Positions 1-10,378 of a stretch of DNA of 64,000 nt are shown here, piece by piece. A program made the position numbers and the translations under genes. Numbering within the stretch: the first letter of the stretch is position 1; every line of letters begins with the position of its first letter. The notes under the pieces were generated by a model. It was given only the letters and a program-made list of their open reading frames with translations, was not told where the DNA came from and did not search any database. The DNA comes from Rhodospirillales bacterium (lineage in GTDB: Bacteria > Pseudomonadota > Alphaproteobacteria > Rhodospirillales > Casp-alpha2): positions 3,845 through 67,844 of the forward strand of contig CBFHXC010000001.1 in NCBI GenBank assembly GCA_965659695.1, given 5' to 3'.

Positions 1-323
1 TGCGCGATGTGCGCAGACTGCGGATGCAAATGAACTTGGACTTCGGAATTCTGCCAGTGGAAGTTGTCCTGGTCATAGCCGATATCTTTGATAGCGGCAC
101 GGGCCAGTTCCTCGACTCGCTCTGGCGAAACTTCGCCTGCGCAGCGTGTCTCACCCGCAAGAACCACTAGGTTTGTCGTCACCAACGTTTCGCAGGCAAC
201 GCGCGATCCGGGATCAACGGCAAGATATGCGTCTACGATTTCATCGGAAACACGATCACAAATTTTATCAGGATGTCCTTCGGACACGGATTCACTGGTG
301 AATAGGTAATTTGAACGGCTCAA
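1..323 (-). CDS. metK: S-adenosylmethionine synthetase, 5' part (runs off the window)
   Basis: Manual translation from TTG at 323: [34 protein letters not shown], the MetK N-terminal signature. AGGAGG RBS at 331-336 on the minus strand. Not in the ORF track. Confidence 0.95.
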   Translation of the reverse strand, partial: MSRSNYLFTSESVSEGHPDKICDRVSDEIVDAYLAVDPGSRVACETLVTTNLVVLAGETRCAGEVSPERVEELARAAIKDIGYDQDNFHWQNSEVQVHLHPQSAHIA

Positions 324-400
324 GTCGGTCCCTCCTAGACTTGCGTTACACAATCTTGGACCCAGGGCTGAACACTCGAACGTTATAAGAGCAGATCGCC

Positions 401-452
401 CACTTAGCGCCTTATTTTACGTGGCGGCAAGCGGTCCAAATCCATCCACGGC
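401..452 (-). promoter_or_regulatory. SAM-II (SAM_alpha) riboswitch
   Basis: Minus strand reads CCGTGG-ATG-GATTTGG-ACCGCTTGCC-GCCACG-TAAAATAAGGCGCTAAGTG. This fits the SAM-II pattern (CGUGG/CCACG P1, GAUUUG loop, UUGC, A-rich linker, CGCUAA) and lies upstream of metK. Confidence 0.8.
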
Positions 453-523
453 TTCTCAGCGTCGCCCTTTTGACAATTTCATGACCTTGCGTCAAGAAAA
501 TCCAACCAAAGTGCGGACGATAC

Positions 524-2107
524 TTAGGTTTGGCCCCTATTTCGACGCGCCCAAGGCACCACAAAGACACCAACGACAATAAGAATGCTGAGAATAAGCG
601 CAGGGAGTTGCCCGACGAGCGAAAACACCGTTGGCGGCAATGCTTCGGGCAAAGGCGCGTCGATGATGCCGGTCATACCAAGTTCTAGCTTGTTGCGCAC
701 GCGGCCATACGGATCAATCACGGCAGATATTCCCGTGTTTGCAACCCGGACAACGGGCAAACCTTCTTCGATGGCGCGCAAGCGCGCCTGGACCAAATGC
801 TGGCGCGGGCCCGTCGATGGGCCAAACCATGCATCGTTGGTAATATTAAGTATCCATTCCGGACGGTTGCCCGGGTCAACGACGTTCCCAGAAAAAATCA
901 CCTCATAACAGATGATGGCAGCAAACGGCGGCAGCCCATCCAGATCAAAAGTCGCAGGCCCGGCTCCCGGCGTAAAATCCCCACGACCCTCAGTCAATTT
1001 ATCGAATGGTAGCCAGGCACGCAGCGGTACGTATTCACCAAAGGGCACCAGGTGGAACTTATCAAAAGTAGCTTCGATGTCGCCATTGTCGTTGATGGCC
1101 ATCAAGCTGTTGTAGACTTGGCCATCGGAGTCCCGCCGGGGTGCACCGAAAATCATATGCCCATTGACAGGCACACCCGCCGCCAACGGCGGGGGCGCGC
1201 CAGCGTCATCGGTGATCAGATAAGGCACATTGGTTTCCGCCCAAATCACATGGGTGGGCGTTCCAGCGGGGCCATCGCTACGGTTACTCAACGCCAACTG
1301 TTTCAACAAATGACCTTGGCGTAGGTCCGGTTTCCATTTCAAATGTTGTGGAATGGATGGCTGCACAAGGCGCAGCAACACCCCATCGTGCGTGGCCGTA
1401 TCCGACTGCGATAAACGCATCCAGCCCGCGCCCCAAAGAATTGGCAATGAGACCGTCAACGCGATCACGGCGATCCACGAACGACGGCGATTTTGTATGT
1501 CACCCAAGACCAAAATCGCAGGCGCAACACACACCGCGATGGTCACAAATCCTAACCCCAAGGCGCCAAGCCACGAGATGGACTGCAAAATATCGTCAGA
1601 TACTCCCCAAATGGACGCCACCGGATTCCATGGAAAGCCCGTCAGAATTATGCCACGTAGCCATTCGGCCACCGTCCAAATCGCTGCAAACACGATAGGC
1701 AGGAATATTACAGGCACCGATACGCGCCGAATCAACCAAGACATGGACCCGGCCGCAAGCGCTGGGTATATCGCCATGCCGACGGATATCCCGATGACCG
1801 CAAACGGCATCAAAAACGCGTACTGCGCCGCGTCGACCAGAAATGCATATCCGATCCAATAAAGACCGAGCGCAAACCACCCAAGACCAAAGACCCAACC
1901 TTCTAGTGCGGCGCGCTTCCAACTTGTGGCGCTGACGGTCAAATAAAGTAACCCGGAAAATCCAATCCAAAGACCCGGCAAAAAATAAAAGGGCGGCAAC
2001 GCCGTCGCTGCCAAGACACCACACAAAACCGCCGCAGCCAGACGCAACCAGGGTCTTTGGGATACCGCCGTCGCGACCCCACCTTCGGACAACTCAGTCG
2101 CTGTCAT
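524..2107 (-). CDS. lnt: Apolipoprotein N-acyltransferase
   Basis: GFPW, WAET, K-HLVPFGEYVP, ICYE, NITNDAWFG and RAIEEG motifs. Confidence 0.96.
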   Translation of the reverse strand: MTATELSEGGVATAVSQRPWLRLAAAVLCGVLAATALPPFYFLPGLWIGFSGLLYLTVSATSWKRAALEGWVFGLGWFALGLYWIGYAFLVDAAQYAFLMPFAVIGISVGMAIYPALAAGSMSWLIRRVSVPVIFLPIVFAAIWTVAEWLRGIILTGFPWNPVASIWGVSDDILQSISWLGALGLGFVTIAVCVAPAILVLGDIQNRRRSWIAVIALTVSLPILWGAGWMRLSQSDTATHDGVLLRLVQPSIPQHLKWKPDLRQGHLLKQLALSNRSDGPAGTPTHVIWAETNVPYLITDDAGAPPPLAAGVPVNGHMIFGAPRRDSDGQVYNSLMAINDNGDIEATFDKFHLVPFGEYVPLRAWLPFDKLTEGRGDFTPGAGPATFDLDGLPPFAAIICYEVIFSGNVVDPGNRPEWILNITNDAWFGPSTGPRQHLVQARLRAIEEGLPVVRVANTGISAVIDPYGRVRNKLELGMTGIIDAPLPEALPPTVFSLVGQLPALILSILIVVGVFVVPWARRNRGQT

Positions 2108-3084
2108 TAATCCTCAGCCGGTTGTTGCGATGTAGTTCCGCCAACAGGTCTGCGAACACGAACGCTATGAATACGTCGGGGATCAGCGTCGAGGATTTCA
2201 AATTCGATGTTGTCGTTGTAGGCAATGATTTCACCACGGATCGGCACGCGACCGACCAAGGCAAAGACCAGCCCGCCAAGTGTATCGAGCTGCTCGCGCT
2301 CATCCTCGTTCACAAAAATGCCAAAGCGGTCTTCGAGGGTTTCAATCTCAACCCGGGCATCGGCAACCCAAGACCCATCGCGATATTTTTCAAGCTTTGG
2401 TTCGTCACTGCTGTCGTGTTCATCTTCGATCTCGCCAACAATTTCTTCGACCAGGTCCTCAATCGTCACCAAACCATCAACGCCGCCGAATTCGTCGACG
2501 ACCAGCGCCATGTGAGAGCGTTTCACGCGCATCTCTAACAACAGCTCCAGCACCCGCATCGATGGGGCGACAAACAGCAACTTTCGTTGGATATCAGCGA
2601 TTTTGAACGTATCGTCCTTGCCGCGCCAACGCACCACATCCTTGATGTGCACCATGCCCTGCGCATCATCTAATGAGTCCGTGTATACGGGCAGGCGCGA
2701 GTGACCTTCTTCGGTCGCTTTTTCAATCACTTCTTGAAGCGACGCCGTGCATGGGATCGAAACAATATCCGCACGCGGCACCATCACGTCGTAAATGGTC
2801 ACCGTCCGCAGCGCCAAAATGTTGGCGAGGAGCAATCGCTCGTCCGAATCAAGGGGTACTTCGCCCTCGTCCCGTTCTTCGATCAGCTCTTCCAGCGTAT
2901 CGCGCGCAGAGACCTTGCTGCCGGCAAGTTTATTCAACCCACGCAGTACGCTTTTGAAAAAGGCAGAGCGACCATTCGTTTCTTGGGAATTCTCAGAGGC
3001 GTTATCAATCGGGGTGTCAGTCGCGCCATCAACAGGAACAATTTCTTGGCCTGCAGACGAGGATCCATTGTTTGACTGGTTCAT
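2107..3084 (-). CDS. corC: CBS-domain/CorC-HlyC hemolysin-family Mg/Co efflux protein
   Basis: DVMVPRADI, GHSRLPVY, VVDEFGGVDGLVTIEDLVEEIVGEIEDEHD; conserved position between ybeY and lnt. Confidence 0.9.
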   Translation of the reverse strand: MNQSNNGSSSAGQEIVPVDGATDTPIDNASENSQETNGRSAFFKSVLRGLNKLAGSKVSARDTLEELIEERDEGEVPLDSDERLLLANILALRTVTIYDVMVPRADIVSIPCTASLQEVIEKATEEGHSRLPVYTDSLDDAQGMVHIKDVVRWRGKDDTFKIADIQRKLLFVAPSMRVLELLLEMRVKRSHMALVVDEFGGVDGLVTIEDLVEEIVGEIEDEHDSSDEPKLEKYRDGSWVADARVEIETLEDRFGIFVNEDEREQLDTLGGLVFALVGRVPIRGEIIAYNDNIEFEILDADPRRIHSVRVRRPVGGTTSQQPAED

Positions 3085-3111
3085 TTTTAGACTCGGTTAA
3101 CCCCTCATCAG

Positions 3112-3660
3112 TCAGTTACCGCGCAGGCCATCATCGATTTCATATGGGTTTGCGATCCCCATACGCGACAGAATGTCGATCTCTTTCGCTTCCATTTCGG
3201 TCGCATCTTCGTCGGTTTCATGATCAAATCCAATCAGATGCAGCATACCATGGACTAAAAGATGGGTGAAATGGTCTCGCATCTCAACGCCTAAGTCATC
3301 TGCTTCGCGGTTTAGCGTATCAAACGATAAAACAATATCCCCGAGTGGCGTCGGCTCGCCATCAGGCGGTCGATCATCATCCGTTAATTCCGTCGGAAAG
3401 GATAAAACATTCGTCGGGGCGTCTTTGCCGCGATATTGATGGTTTAATTCCTGCAACATGTCGTCATCGGCCAACACCACTGAGACTTCGAACGCTCTGT
3501 GCGTTTCGGTAATATCTGGCCAGGCGGATTGTAAAACATCGACGCAAAGCTGATCGGGCTGATCTGATATCGATTTCCAAGCATCAGCACGCGTATCTAC
3601 ATCAATTGACAGAGAGCCATTTTGATTCGCGACCGACTCAGGGACGGGATCAGGTGTCAT
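3112..3660 (-). CDS. ybeY: rRNA maturation endoribonuclease YbeY
   Basis: NHQYRGKDAPTNVLSF and HGMLHLIGFDH zinc motif. Start moved to the ATG at 3660, overlapping the end of phoH. Confidence 0.93.
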   Translation of the reverse strand: MTPDPVPESVANQNGSLSIDVDTRADAWKSISDQPDQLCVDVLQSAWPDITETHRAFEVSVVLADDDMLQELNHQYRGKDAPTNVLSFPTELTDDDRPPDGEPTPLGDIVLSFDTLNREADDLGVEMRDHFTHLLVHGMLHLIGFDHETDEDATEMEAKEIDILSRMGIANPYEIDDGLRGN

Positions 3661-4696
3661 CACCATCCTTATCAGCATCTTCTTCTTGGTACTCGGCACC
3701 GGCACCACGACGATTTTCAAGGTGACGATAAGCGTGAACGATTTTACTGACCAGTGGATGGCGCACGACGTCCGCGTCTTTAAAACGAATAAACCGGATG
3801 GCCGAGACGGAGCCCAATGCTTCGCGTGCGTCACGAAGGCCAGAACGCGTGCCACGCGGCAAATCAACTTGGCTTAAGTCACCCGTGATCACCATCCGCG
3901 AATTTTCGCCCAATCGGGTCAAAAACATTTTCATCTGCACGGCGGTGGTGTTCTGCGCTTCATCCAAAATGACAAACGCATTGGCCAATGTGCGACCCCG
4001 CATGAATGCCAAAGGGGCCACTTCTATTTCGCCGCTTTCCAGGCGTTTGGTCACTTGTTCGCCCGGCATCATATCGTGCAGCGCATCGTACAACGGGCGC
4101 AGGTACGGATCGACTTTTTCGCGCATATCACCCGGCAAGAAACCCAATTGCTCGCCGGCCTCAACAGCAGGTCGCGAAAGAATAATGCGTTCGACATCGC
4201 CACGAACCAGACGCTCCACCGCTTTGGCAACCGCCAGATAAGTTTTACCGGTCCCGGCGGGTCCTTCACCAAAAACCAATTCGGATTCGTCAATCGCGCG
4301 CAAATAATCGGCTTGTGTGGGTGTTCGCGCAGTGACCATACGGTCGCGAATGTTGACACCTGTGTTGCTTTTGCGCGCCATGCGTTCGGGGAGTTCTTCG
4401 GAAAATCGTAGCATCGCATCAACTTCGGGTTGGGCAATTTCCTGACCGCGTTCCAATCTTTCATATAATGCTTCGAGGACACTAATAGCGCGCGCCACAT
4501 TTTCCGCGTCGCCCGCAAACGTCACCTCATTGCCACGTGCGTGAATGACGATCCCAAGCGCGTTTTCGATCATCGCCAAATGACTGTGGTGCGAGCCAAA
4601 TAAGGCCAGCGCCAGCGCATTCTTTTGAAAGGTTTTCTTTTTGGTCGTCGCATTGGATTGGCGTTGATGGGCAACGCTTTTGGCAGAACGGCTCAA
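3650..4696 (-). CDS. phoH: PhoH-family ATPase (YbeZ-like)
   Basis: [45 protein letters not shown]. Confidence 0.95.
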   Translation of the reverse strand: MSRSAKSVAHQRQSNATTKKKTFQKNALALALFGSHHSHLAMIENALGIVIHARGNEVTFAGDAENVARAISVLEALYERLERGQEIAQPEVDAMLRFSEELPERMARKSNTGVNIRDRMVTARTPTQADYLRAIDESELVFGEGPAGTGKTYLAVAKAVERLVRGDVERIILSRPAVEAGEQLGFLPGDMREKVDPYLRPLYDALHDMMPGEQVTKRLESGEIEVAPLAFMRGRTLANAFVILDEAQNTTAVQMKMFLTRLGENSRMVITGDLSQVDLPRGTRSGLRDAREALGSVSAIRFIRFKDADVVRHPLVSKIVHAYRHLENRRGAGAEYQEEDADKDGDDT

Positions 4697-6105
4697 GCAA
4701 CGGCTCCTTGAATATCACGATCATCAGATGTGGAAGGACTTGATAGCGGCACACTCGAAAGACTGTTCGGTTTCGCTTTGTCGATCATGACATCAACAAT
4801 CTCTCCCAAATGGGTATTTGGCAACTCACAATGTACGGCTTGCATAAATGGGCTGCGGCCAACCAATTGGCCATCGCGCGCGCCAGGGCGATCAAACAAG
4901 ACAGGCATGGTCTTACCAACGCATGCATCGTTGAACGCCAGTTGCTGTCGGTTCAGTTCCGCCTGCAACTCTTGAAGCCTTTCAGACTTGGCCGCTTCTG
5001 GCACCTGATCATCCATATCCGCGGCCGGCGTGCCCGGACGAGGGCTGTATTTAAACGAATACGCTTGCACGAACCCAATATCTCGGACCAGTGCCATGGT
5101 CTCTTCGAAATCGGTATCTGTCTCGCCAGGAAAGCCGACAATGAAGTCAGACGAGAGCGCTAAATCGGGGCGCGCATCGCGCAGGCGCTGCACCACATCC
5201 GCATAGTCGCCTGATGTGTGACGACGGTTCATCGCCTTTAAAATTTTATCCGAACCCGCCTGCACTGGCAGATGCAAGAACGGCATCAATTCCGGCACAT
5301 CGCGATGCGCCGAAATCAAATCATCATCAACTTCGGCGGGATATGATGTGGTGTAGCGAATGCGGTCCAATCCATCAATTTCGGACAATTCTCGGATTAA
5401 GCGCCCCAGCGTCCACTCGCCACCACCAGGGGTTTCGCCATGATACGCATTCACGTTTTGGCCAAGCAGCGTGATTTCGCGGGCACCCTTGCCGACCAAA
5501 AGGCGGGCTTCGCGCAAAACAGGATCAGCCGGTCTGGAAAATTCAGCACCCCGCGTATACGGCACCACGCAGAATGTGCAGAACTTGTCGCAGCCTTCTT
5601 GAACCGTCAGGAACGCGGATGCGCCCTCAACTTTTCCGGCATCTGGCAGTTGATCAAATTTATCGTCCGCCGGGAATTCCGTATCAACGACGGCACGCCC
5701 CTCTGACTCATGGGTGCGCAACATCAACGGCAGCCGATGATACGTCTGGGGACCGAACACCATATCGACATACGGTGCGCGGCGCAGGATTTCTTCACCC
5801 TCAGCCTGTGCAACGCAACCACCAACCGCAATAACCATAGGGCTGTCTGAATCTTTGCGTCGCTCTTTTTCTTGGCGCAGACGACCCAATTCGGAATAGA
5901 CCTTTTCGGCTGCTTTTTCGCGAATGTGACAGGTATTCAAGATCACCAAATCCGCCGACGCCATGTCGTCGCCCGACTGGTACCCAAGTGGGGCCAGCAC
6001 GTCACCCATGCGAGACGCGTCATAAACGTTCATCTGGCAGCCATAAGACTTAATATGAACGGTTTTGGATGCAGTTGTGTTGGGTGTTTTGGGTTGTGCG
6101 GTCAT
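4693..6105 (-). CDS. miaB: tRNA-2-methylthio-N6-dimethylallyladenosine synthase
   Basis: [14 protein letters not shown], radical [11 protein letters not shown] motif, C-terminal TRAM domain. Confidence 0.97.
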   Translation of the reverse strand: MTAQPKTPNTTASKTVHIKSYGCQMNVYDASRMGDVLAPLGYQSGDDMASADLVILNTCHIREKAAEKVYSELGRLRQEKERRKDSDSPMVIAVGGCVAQAEGEEILRRAPYVDMVFGPQTYHRLPLMLRTHESEGRAVVDTEFPADDKFDQLPDAGKVEGASAFLTVQEGCDKFCTFCVVPYTRGAEFSRPADPVLREARLLVGKGAREITLLGQNVNAYHGETPGGGEWTLGRLIRELSEIDGLDRIRYTTSYPAEVDDDLISAHRDVPELMPFLHLPVQAGSDKILKAMNRRHTSGDYADVVQRLRDARPDLALSSDFIVGFPGETDTDFEETMALVRDIGFVQAYSFKYSPRPGTPAADMDDQVPEAAKSERLQELQAELNRQQLAFNDACVGKTMPVLFDRPGARDGQLVGRSPFMQAVHCELPNTHLGEIVDVMIDKAKPNSLSSVPLSSPSTSDDRDIQGAVA

Positions 6106-6218
6106 TTGTGCCGATCAGGTTTCATTTAAGATGTCTGAATAACGGCGCGGAACATGATGAGCATCGCAGGGCCTGTCAAGGATTTGACCGCAAAACAGAT
6201 CCGCGTGCGCAACTGCGA

Positions 6219-6641
6219 TCACGTATCTTCATCGTCGATGGGGACGGCATACAGCTCTAATCGATGGTCAACCAGCTTTAAACCATGTTCGGCGACGATC
6301 TTTTCTTGAAGCGCCTCGATCTCTTCGTTGTGGAATTCGATCACTTTGCCGGATTTCACATCAATGATGTGGTCGTGATGATCGTCGCTGGCTTGTTCGT
6401 AGCGGGACCGCCCATCGCCAAAATCATGTCGCTCGACAATACCGGCATCTTCAAACAGCTTCATCGTGCGATAAACGGTTGCGATAGAAATATTGGAATC
6501 TTTGTCCGCAGCGCGGCGATAGACTTCTTCAACGTCCGGATGATCATCTGAAACCGATAGGACACGCGCAATAATACGCCGTTGATCGGTCATTTTCATT
6601 CCGTGTTCTACACACAGCTGCTCTAGGCGTGTTTCAGACAT
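6219..6641 (-). CDS. fur: Fur-family transcriptional regulator (Fur/Mur)
   Basis: MTDQRRII, DHPDVEEVY, SIATVYRT, HHDHII. Confidence 0.92.
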   Translation of the reverse strand: MSETRLEQLCVEHGMKMTDQRRIIARVLSVSDDHPDVEEVYRRAADKDSNISIATVYRTMKLFEDAGIVERHDFGDGRSRYEQASDDHHDHIIDVKSGKVIEFHNEEIEALQEKIVAEHGLKLVDHRLELYAVPIDDEDT

Positions 6642-6721
6642 AAATCCCCATCGATATTAATATTAGTCTACTCGCTGCATCGCACCCTGTGAAGGCTGAT
6701 GAAACCACTATTTATCGATGG

Positions 6722-7141
6722 TTATATACGGCGAGGCTTAGTACCTGCTTTTCGGCCCAATCCGATTTTTTTAGCCAATGAACTACGGCGTTTTGCGTAG
6801 TTGGGTGCCACCATCGGGTAATCCGCAGGCAAACCCCAACGCGCGCGATACTGTTCTGGCGTCATACCATACGCGGTATTCAGGTGCCGCTTCAGCATTT
6901 TAAGCTTTTTGCCGTCTTCCAAACACACGATGTGATCAGGCGTAATCGATTTTTTAACGGGCACCGCAGGCGTCGGTGCTTCTGCAGGCAGCCCGGAATC
7001 GCCAAGCTCAGATAGTGTGCCAAAGACATCTTTGATCACTTCGGTCAGTTCGGCGGGTGCCACCTTGTTGTTTGATGCATGCGCAGAGACTATTTCTGCT
7101 GTGAGTTCTAAAAGGGCCGTTTGGCTTGGCTGATCAGACAT
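6722..7141 (-). CDS. mucR: MucR/Ros zinc-finger regulator
   Basis: CLEDGKKLKMLKRHL and YPMVAPNYAKRRS. Confidence 0.95.
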   Translation of the reverse strand: MSDQPSQTALLELTAEIVSAHASNNKVAPAELTEVIKDVFGTLSELGDSGLPAEAPTPAVPVKKSITPDHIVCLEDGKKLKMLKRHLNTAYGMTPEQYRARWGLPADYPMVAPNYAKRRSSLAKKIGLGRKAGTKPRRI

Positions 7142-7212
7142 GATTTAAAATACTCCAAAGCGAAAAAGGGCAAGCCTTTCAAAATAAGCAGTATCTATAT
7201 TGATTAAGCATA

Positions 7213-7497
7213 ATGGGTGCAAGTAACGCGATGACTAAAAGCAATAGTAATGTAGATAAAATTATACCGGATCATCAGATCGATATTGCCGATTTGATTT
7301 GCCCGATGACGTTTGTGCGCACCAAGCTGATGATTGAGGAAATCGATGTAGGTGAGGTTCTTGAAGTTCGCCTGAAGGGTAAAGAGCCGTTAGAAAACGT
7401 ACCTCGCTCTGCCAAACAACACGGTCACGACGTGTTATCGATCAAACCCGAGGATGGGACAGATGACGTATCCATCGTCTTGATCAAAAAACAGTAG
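7213..7497 (+). CDS. TusA/SirA-family sulfurtransferase
   Basis: DLICPMTFVRTKL...GEVLEVRL...NVPRS. The start could also be the ATG at 7231. Confidence 0.85.
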   Translation: MGASNAMTKSNSNVDKIIPDHQIDIADLICPMTFVRTKLMIEEIDVGEVLEVRLKGKEPLENVPRSAKQHGHDVLSIKPEDGTDDVSIVLIKKQ

Positions 7498-7506
7498 CTT
7501 CCCTCA

Positions 7507-8190
7507 TCAGCTCTTTTTTGGCATCGTCACATCAGGAGGTCGAAGATAAAGCGGCGATGCCGGAGCATCATCAGGACCATCGATAAATGCCTGCGCACAG
7601 GTCGCCAACACCGAAGCATCGGGTAACACGACATTTGGTATTTCGCGCATAGCGGGGCCTTCGGGCCCTAATTCCTGATGCAGTCTGGTCCAAGCGTCAC
7701 CGGCAATGAACAACGGGCGGTCCGTGGGCATGGCGGCTCGGATATCGTCGGACGGCATCGCCGTTGGCAACACTACATAACTGCCATCTTTGCCAATCGC
7801 CTGGATATAAAAATCATCACGCTTGGTCTCTATCGCGATCACGATCACGCCATCGTCGGGGATTGCGATGTCGGTATTTCTCAACGTTTGAAATGCCAGC
7901 ACATCAAACGTCGAAATCCCCAGGCATGGTTTGTCGATGGTCAGAGCCAGGCTTCGGGCTGCGGCCAATCCGATCCGCAATCCTGTGAATGCACCGGGCC
8001 CACGTGTCACCGCAACGGCATCCAAATCAGCATATTCATGCCCCGTCATCACGCGATCAATCATCGGGGCCAGGGCCTCGGATTGGCCGCGTTTCATTTC
8101 TTCACAGGCATGTGTGACAGCAACACCACCGCTTACCAACGCGACGGAACACGCACTCATTGAAGTATCAATACCAAGGATCAAAGGCAT
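7507..8190 (-). CDS. tsaB: t6A biosynthesis protein TsaB
   Basis: LGIDTS, GPGAFTGLRIG, PLYLRPPD. Confidence 0.93.
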   Translation of the reverse strand: MPLILGIDTSMSACSVALVSGGVAVTHACEEMKRGQSEALAPMIDRVMTGHEYADLDAVAVTRGPGAFTGLRIGLAAARSLALTIDKPCLGISTFDVLAFQTLRNTDIAIPDDGVIVIAIETKRDDFYIQAIGKDGSYVVLPTAMPSDDIRAAMPTDRPLFIAGDAWTRLHQELGPEGPAMREIPNVVLPDASVLATCAQAFIDGPDDAPASPLYLRPPDVTMPKKS

Positions 8191-8204
8191 CAGCCGTTAT
8201 CCGA

Positions 8205-9563
8205 TCAGTAGAAAATATGCTTGTAGGTCACGACGTAAACCGCGACCACCGTGATGGCAAGGAGCACCACCGGGATATCCCATTTCCAAGCGATCACGTG
8301 GCTCGGCGTTTGGACCACACGCGACATGAATAGTGTCGTCGCAGAAAACGGCGAGATCATGGTTGATGCCCCCCAAACACCCAACAAAGCCATCGCCAGG
8401 ATTTCTGGCGGCATCCCGATCACTTCGGGGGGCATCACCTCACCGACCAGGATCGCGACAATCACAGGATGAAATCCGGCAGCGCTCGCGACGGTCATGC
8501 CGTATATCAAACCGACAATCACCACATCGCCGCTCAGGCCGTATGTCTGCAATGTCGCACTGATCTGTTCAGGCGGCAGGACCGATGATACGCCAATGCC
8601 CAACACGGATGCTGCAGAAAACGCGATCGCTTCGTTGCGAAGGTCCGGCAGGCTTTTAAAAATTCGGCCGATCAAAGGCCTCGCACCGTTCCGCCAACGT
8701 TGACCTTTGGACAGCTGCATGGCTGCCCATAAAATCGCAAACGGGGGACCAACCACACCTAGCGCAATCGGAATGGGTAGCTTGGCCAATTCGTGCAACC
8801 CCAAAACAAGCACGCTCAAGGCTATCAGCAGTAACGATGTGCGGACAGCCGAAGAAGTATGCATAACTGGTTTTTCAAGCGGTGCCGCAACCGTTGGCGT
8901 TTGGCGCAGAAATGCCCTGTCATAACCCCAACCGACAAACAATAGGATAAACGAAAGCAGCAATCCCTGGGGGGCGATATCGGCCCAGCTGACACCAGGA
9001 ATGGCAGTCAGGATGACGGCGACACTGACGTAAAAGGGCCCCCATGTTGACGCCACCGTAAAGCCCATCATCAACGCAATCGAAAGGCGTTTGCGCATGA
9101 GTTTATCTTTTTGCTCGCCCGCCATTATAGAGAGCAAACTCATCGCAGCGAGATTCAGAACCGAGCCTAAAAAATGTGCACTCAACCATAGTATCGGATA
9201 GCGACGCCCGGCGGGTTGGCGCACAACCCAGTCACGCAATTCTCGCAAAGACCCGCTGGTGACTGCGGGTTCGCGCAGCCATGTCACGGCATAAAACATC
9301 ACCAGGAATATCTGCGCGCGGTCTAACCCTGTCAGCAAGCCGCCGACCAAATCGCCGCCATACCAAGCCGCGACCCCGCCGATTAAAAACATCGCCCCGC
9401 CCATGTTTCGTTGCAATCCGGGCGCGCGCCAGAACTCTAACAACAAGAACGTGGCCGTCAGTGTGATGCCAAGTTCACGACCATAAGGGATCTGCCACAG
9501 TCGCGTGGCGATCACGACAATGACCAAAATGGTATAAATTGTTGCGGAGAGATGGTGTCTCAG
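8205..9563 (-). CDS. Multi-pass membrane protein, putative transporter
   Basis: About 12 hydrophobic segments, with WGPFYVS and SPFSATTL motifs. The frame stays open upstream of the TTG at 9527 to a CTG at 9563 preceded by GGAG. Confidence 0.7.
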   Translation of the reverse strand: MRHHLSATIYTILVIVVIATRLWQIPYGRELGITLTATFLLLEFWRAPGLQRNMGGAMFLIGGVAAWYGGDLVGGLLTGLDRAQIFLVMFYAVTWLREPAVTSGSLRELRDWVVRQPAGRRYPILWLSAHFLGSVLNLAAMSLLSIMAGEQKDKLMRKRLSIALMMGFTVASTWGPFYVSVAVILTAIPGVSWADIAPQGLLLSFILLFVGWGYDRAFLRQTPTVAAPLEKPVMHTSSAVRTSLLLIALSVLVLGLHELAKLPIPIALGVVGPPFAILWAAMQLSKGQRWRNGARPLIGRIFKSLPDLRNEAIAFSAASVLGIGVSSVLPPEQISATLQTYGLSGDVVIVGLIYGMTVASAAGFHPVIVAILVGEVMPPEVIGMPPEILAMALLGVWGASTMISPFSATTLFMSRVVQTPSHVIAWKWDIPVVLLAITVVAVYVVTYKHIFY

Positions 9564-9637
9564 GACGAACCACTCCGGTTAGATGATAAGGCGTGTTGTT
9601 CCAGCCATATCATCTCATCAGGCGATGCGACAATGTA

Positions 9638-10270
9638 TTACGCGATGCGACAGGCCTCATCGAATTCAAAGCGTGGAGAGCGCGGGAATAAATCGTCTTG
9701 AGTCCCGTATCCGAGGTTGCAGAGGAAATTCGATTTGACATTGGTCCCGGCAAAAAACACCTCATCGACCTTGGCATTATCAAACCCCGACATAGGACCA
9801 CAGTCCAAACCCAAAGATCGCGCGGCCATCATCAGATACGCACCTTGCAGTGTGCCATTGCGAAATGCCGTTTGTTCAATCAGTTCATCATTGCCCACGA
9901 ACCATGCGCGCGCATCGGTGTGCGGAAATAGTTGCGGTAATTTTTCATAGAATTCCAAGTCATGTCCTATGATCGCAGTGACGGGGGCCGCCATGGTCTT
10001 GTCGACGTTGCCGTCCATCAGCAATGGTTTGAGCTGTTCTTTTGCCGCTTGGGATTTCACAAAAACAATACGGGCAGGCGCGCAATTCGCACTGGTCGGT
10101 GCCATACGCACTAAGTTCCACATTTCGTGTAGCACGGCATCTTCGATAGGCGTATCCGCCCAACCATTGTGTGTGCGGGCATTCAAAAAAAGTGTATTAA
10201 GTGCAACTTGATCTAGGGCTTTATTCTGGGCTTTTGGCAAAATTTCCTCCTGCGGCGTGATGATCGTCAT
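9638..10270 (-). CDS. Nitroreductase family, malonic semialdehyde reductase (RutE-like)
   Basis: [47 protein letters not shown]. Confidence 0.88.
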   Translation of the reverse strand: MTIITPQEEILPKAQNKALDQVALNTLFLNARTHNGWADTPIEDAVLHEMWNLVRMAPTSANCAPARIVFVKSQAAKEQLKPLLMDGNVDKTMAAPVTAIIGHDLEFYEKLPQLFPHTDARAWFVGNDELIEQTAFRNGTLQGAYLMMAARSLGLDCGPMSGFDNAKVDEVFFAGTNVKSNFLCNLGYGTQDDLFPRSPRFEFDEACRIA

Positions 10271-10378
10271 AGCAAAGCGCTATGCCGAGTGATTATCACC
10301 ATACTTGATGATTGATGCCGTTCACGGCAAGATTCAAAAGCTGCCGATCAAAAGGCTGACAAAAAAGGACGTACTGGG

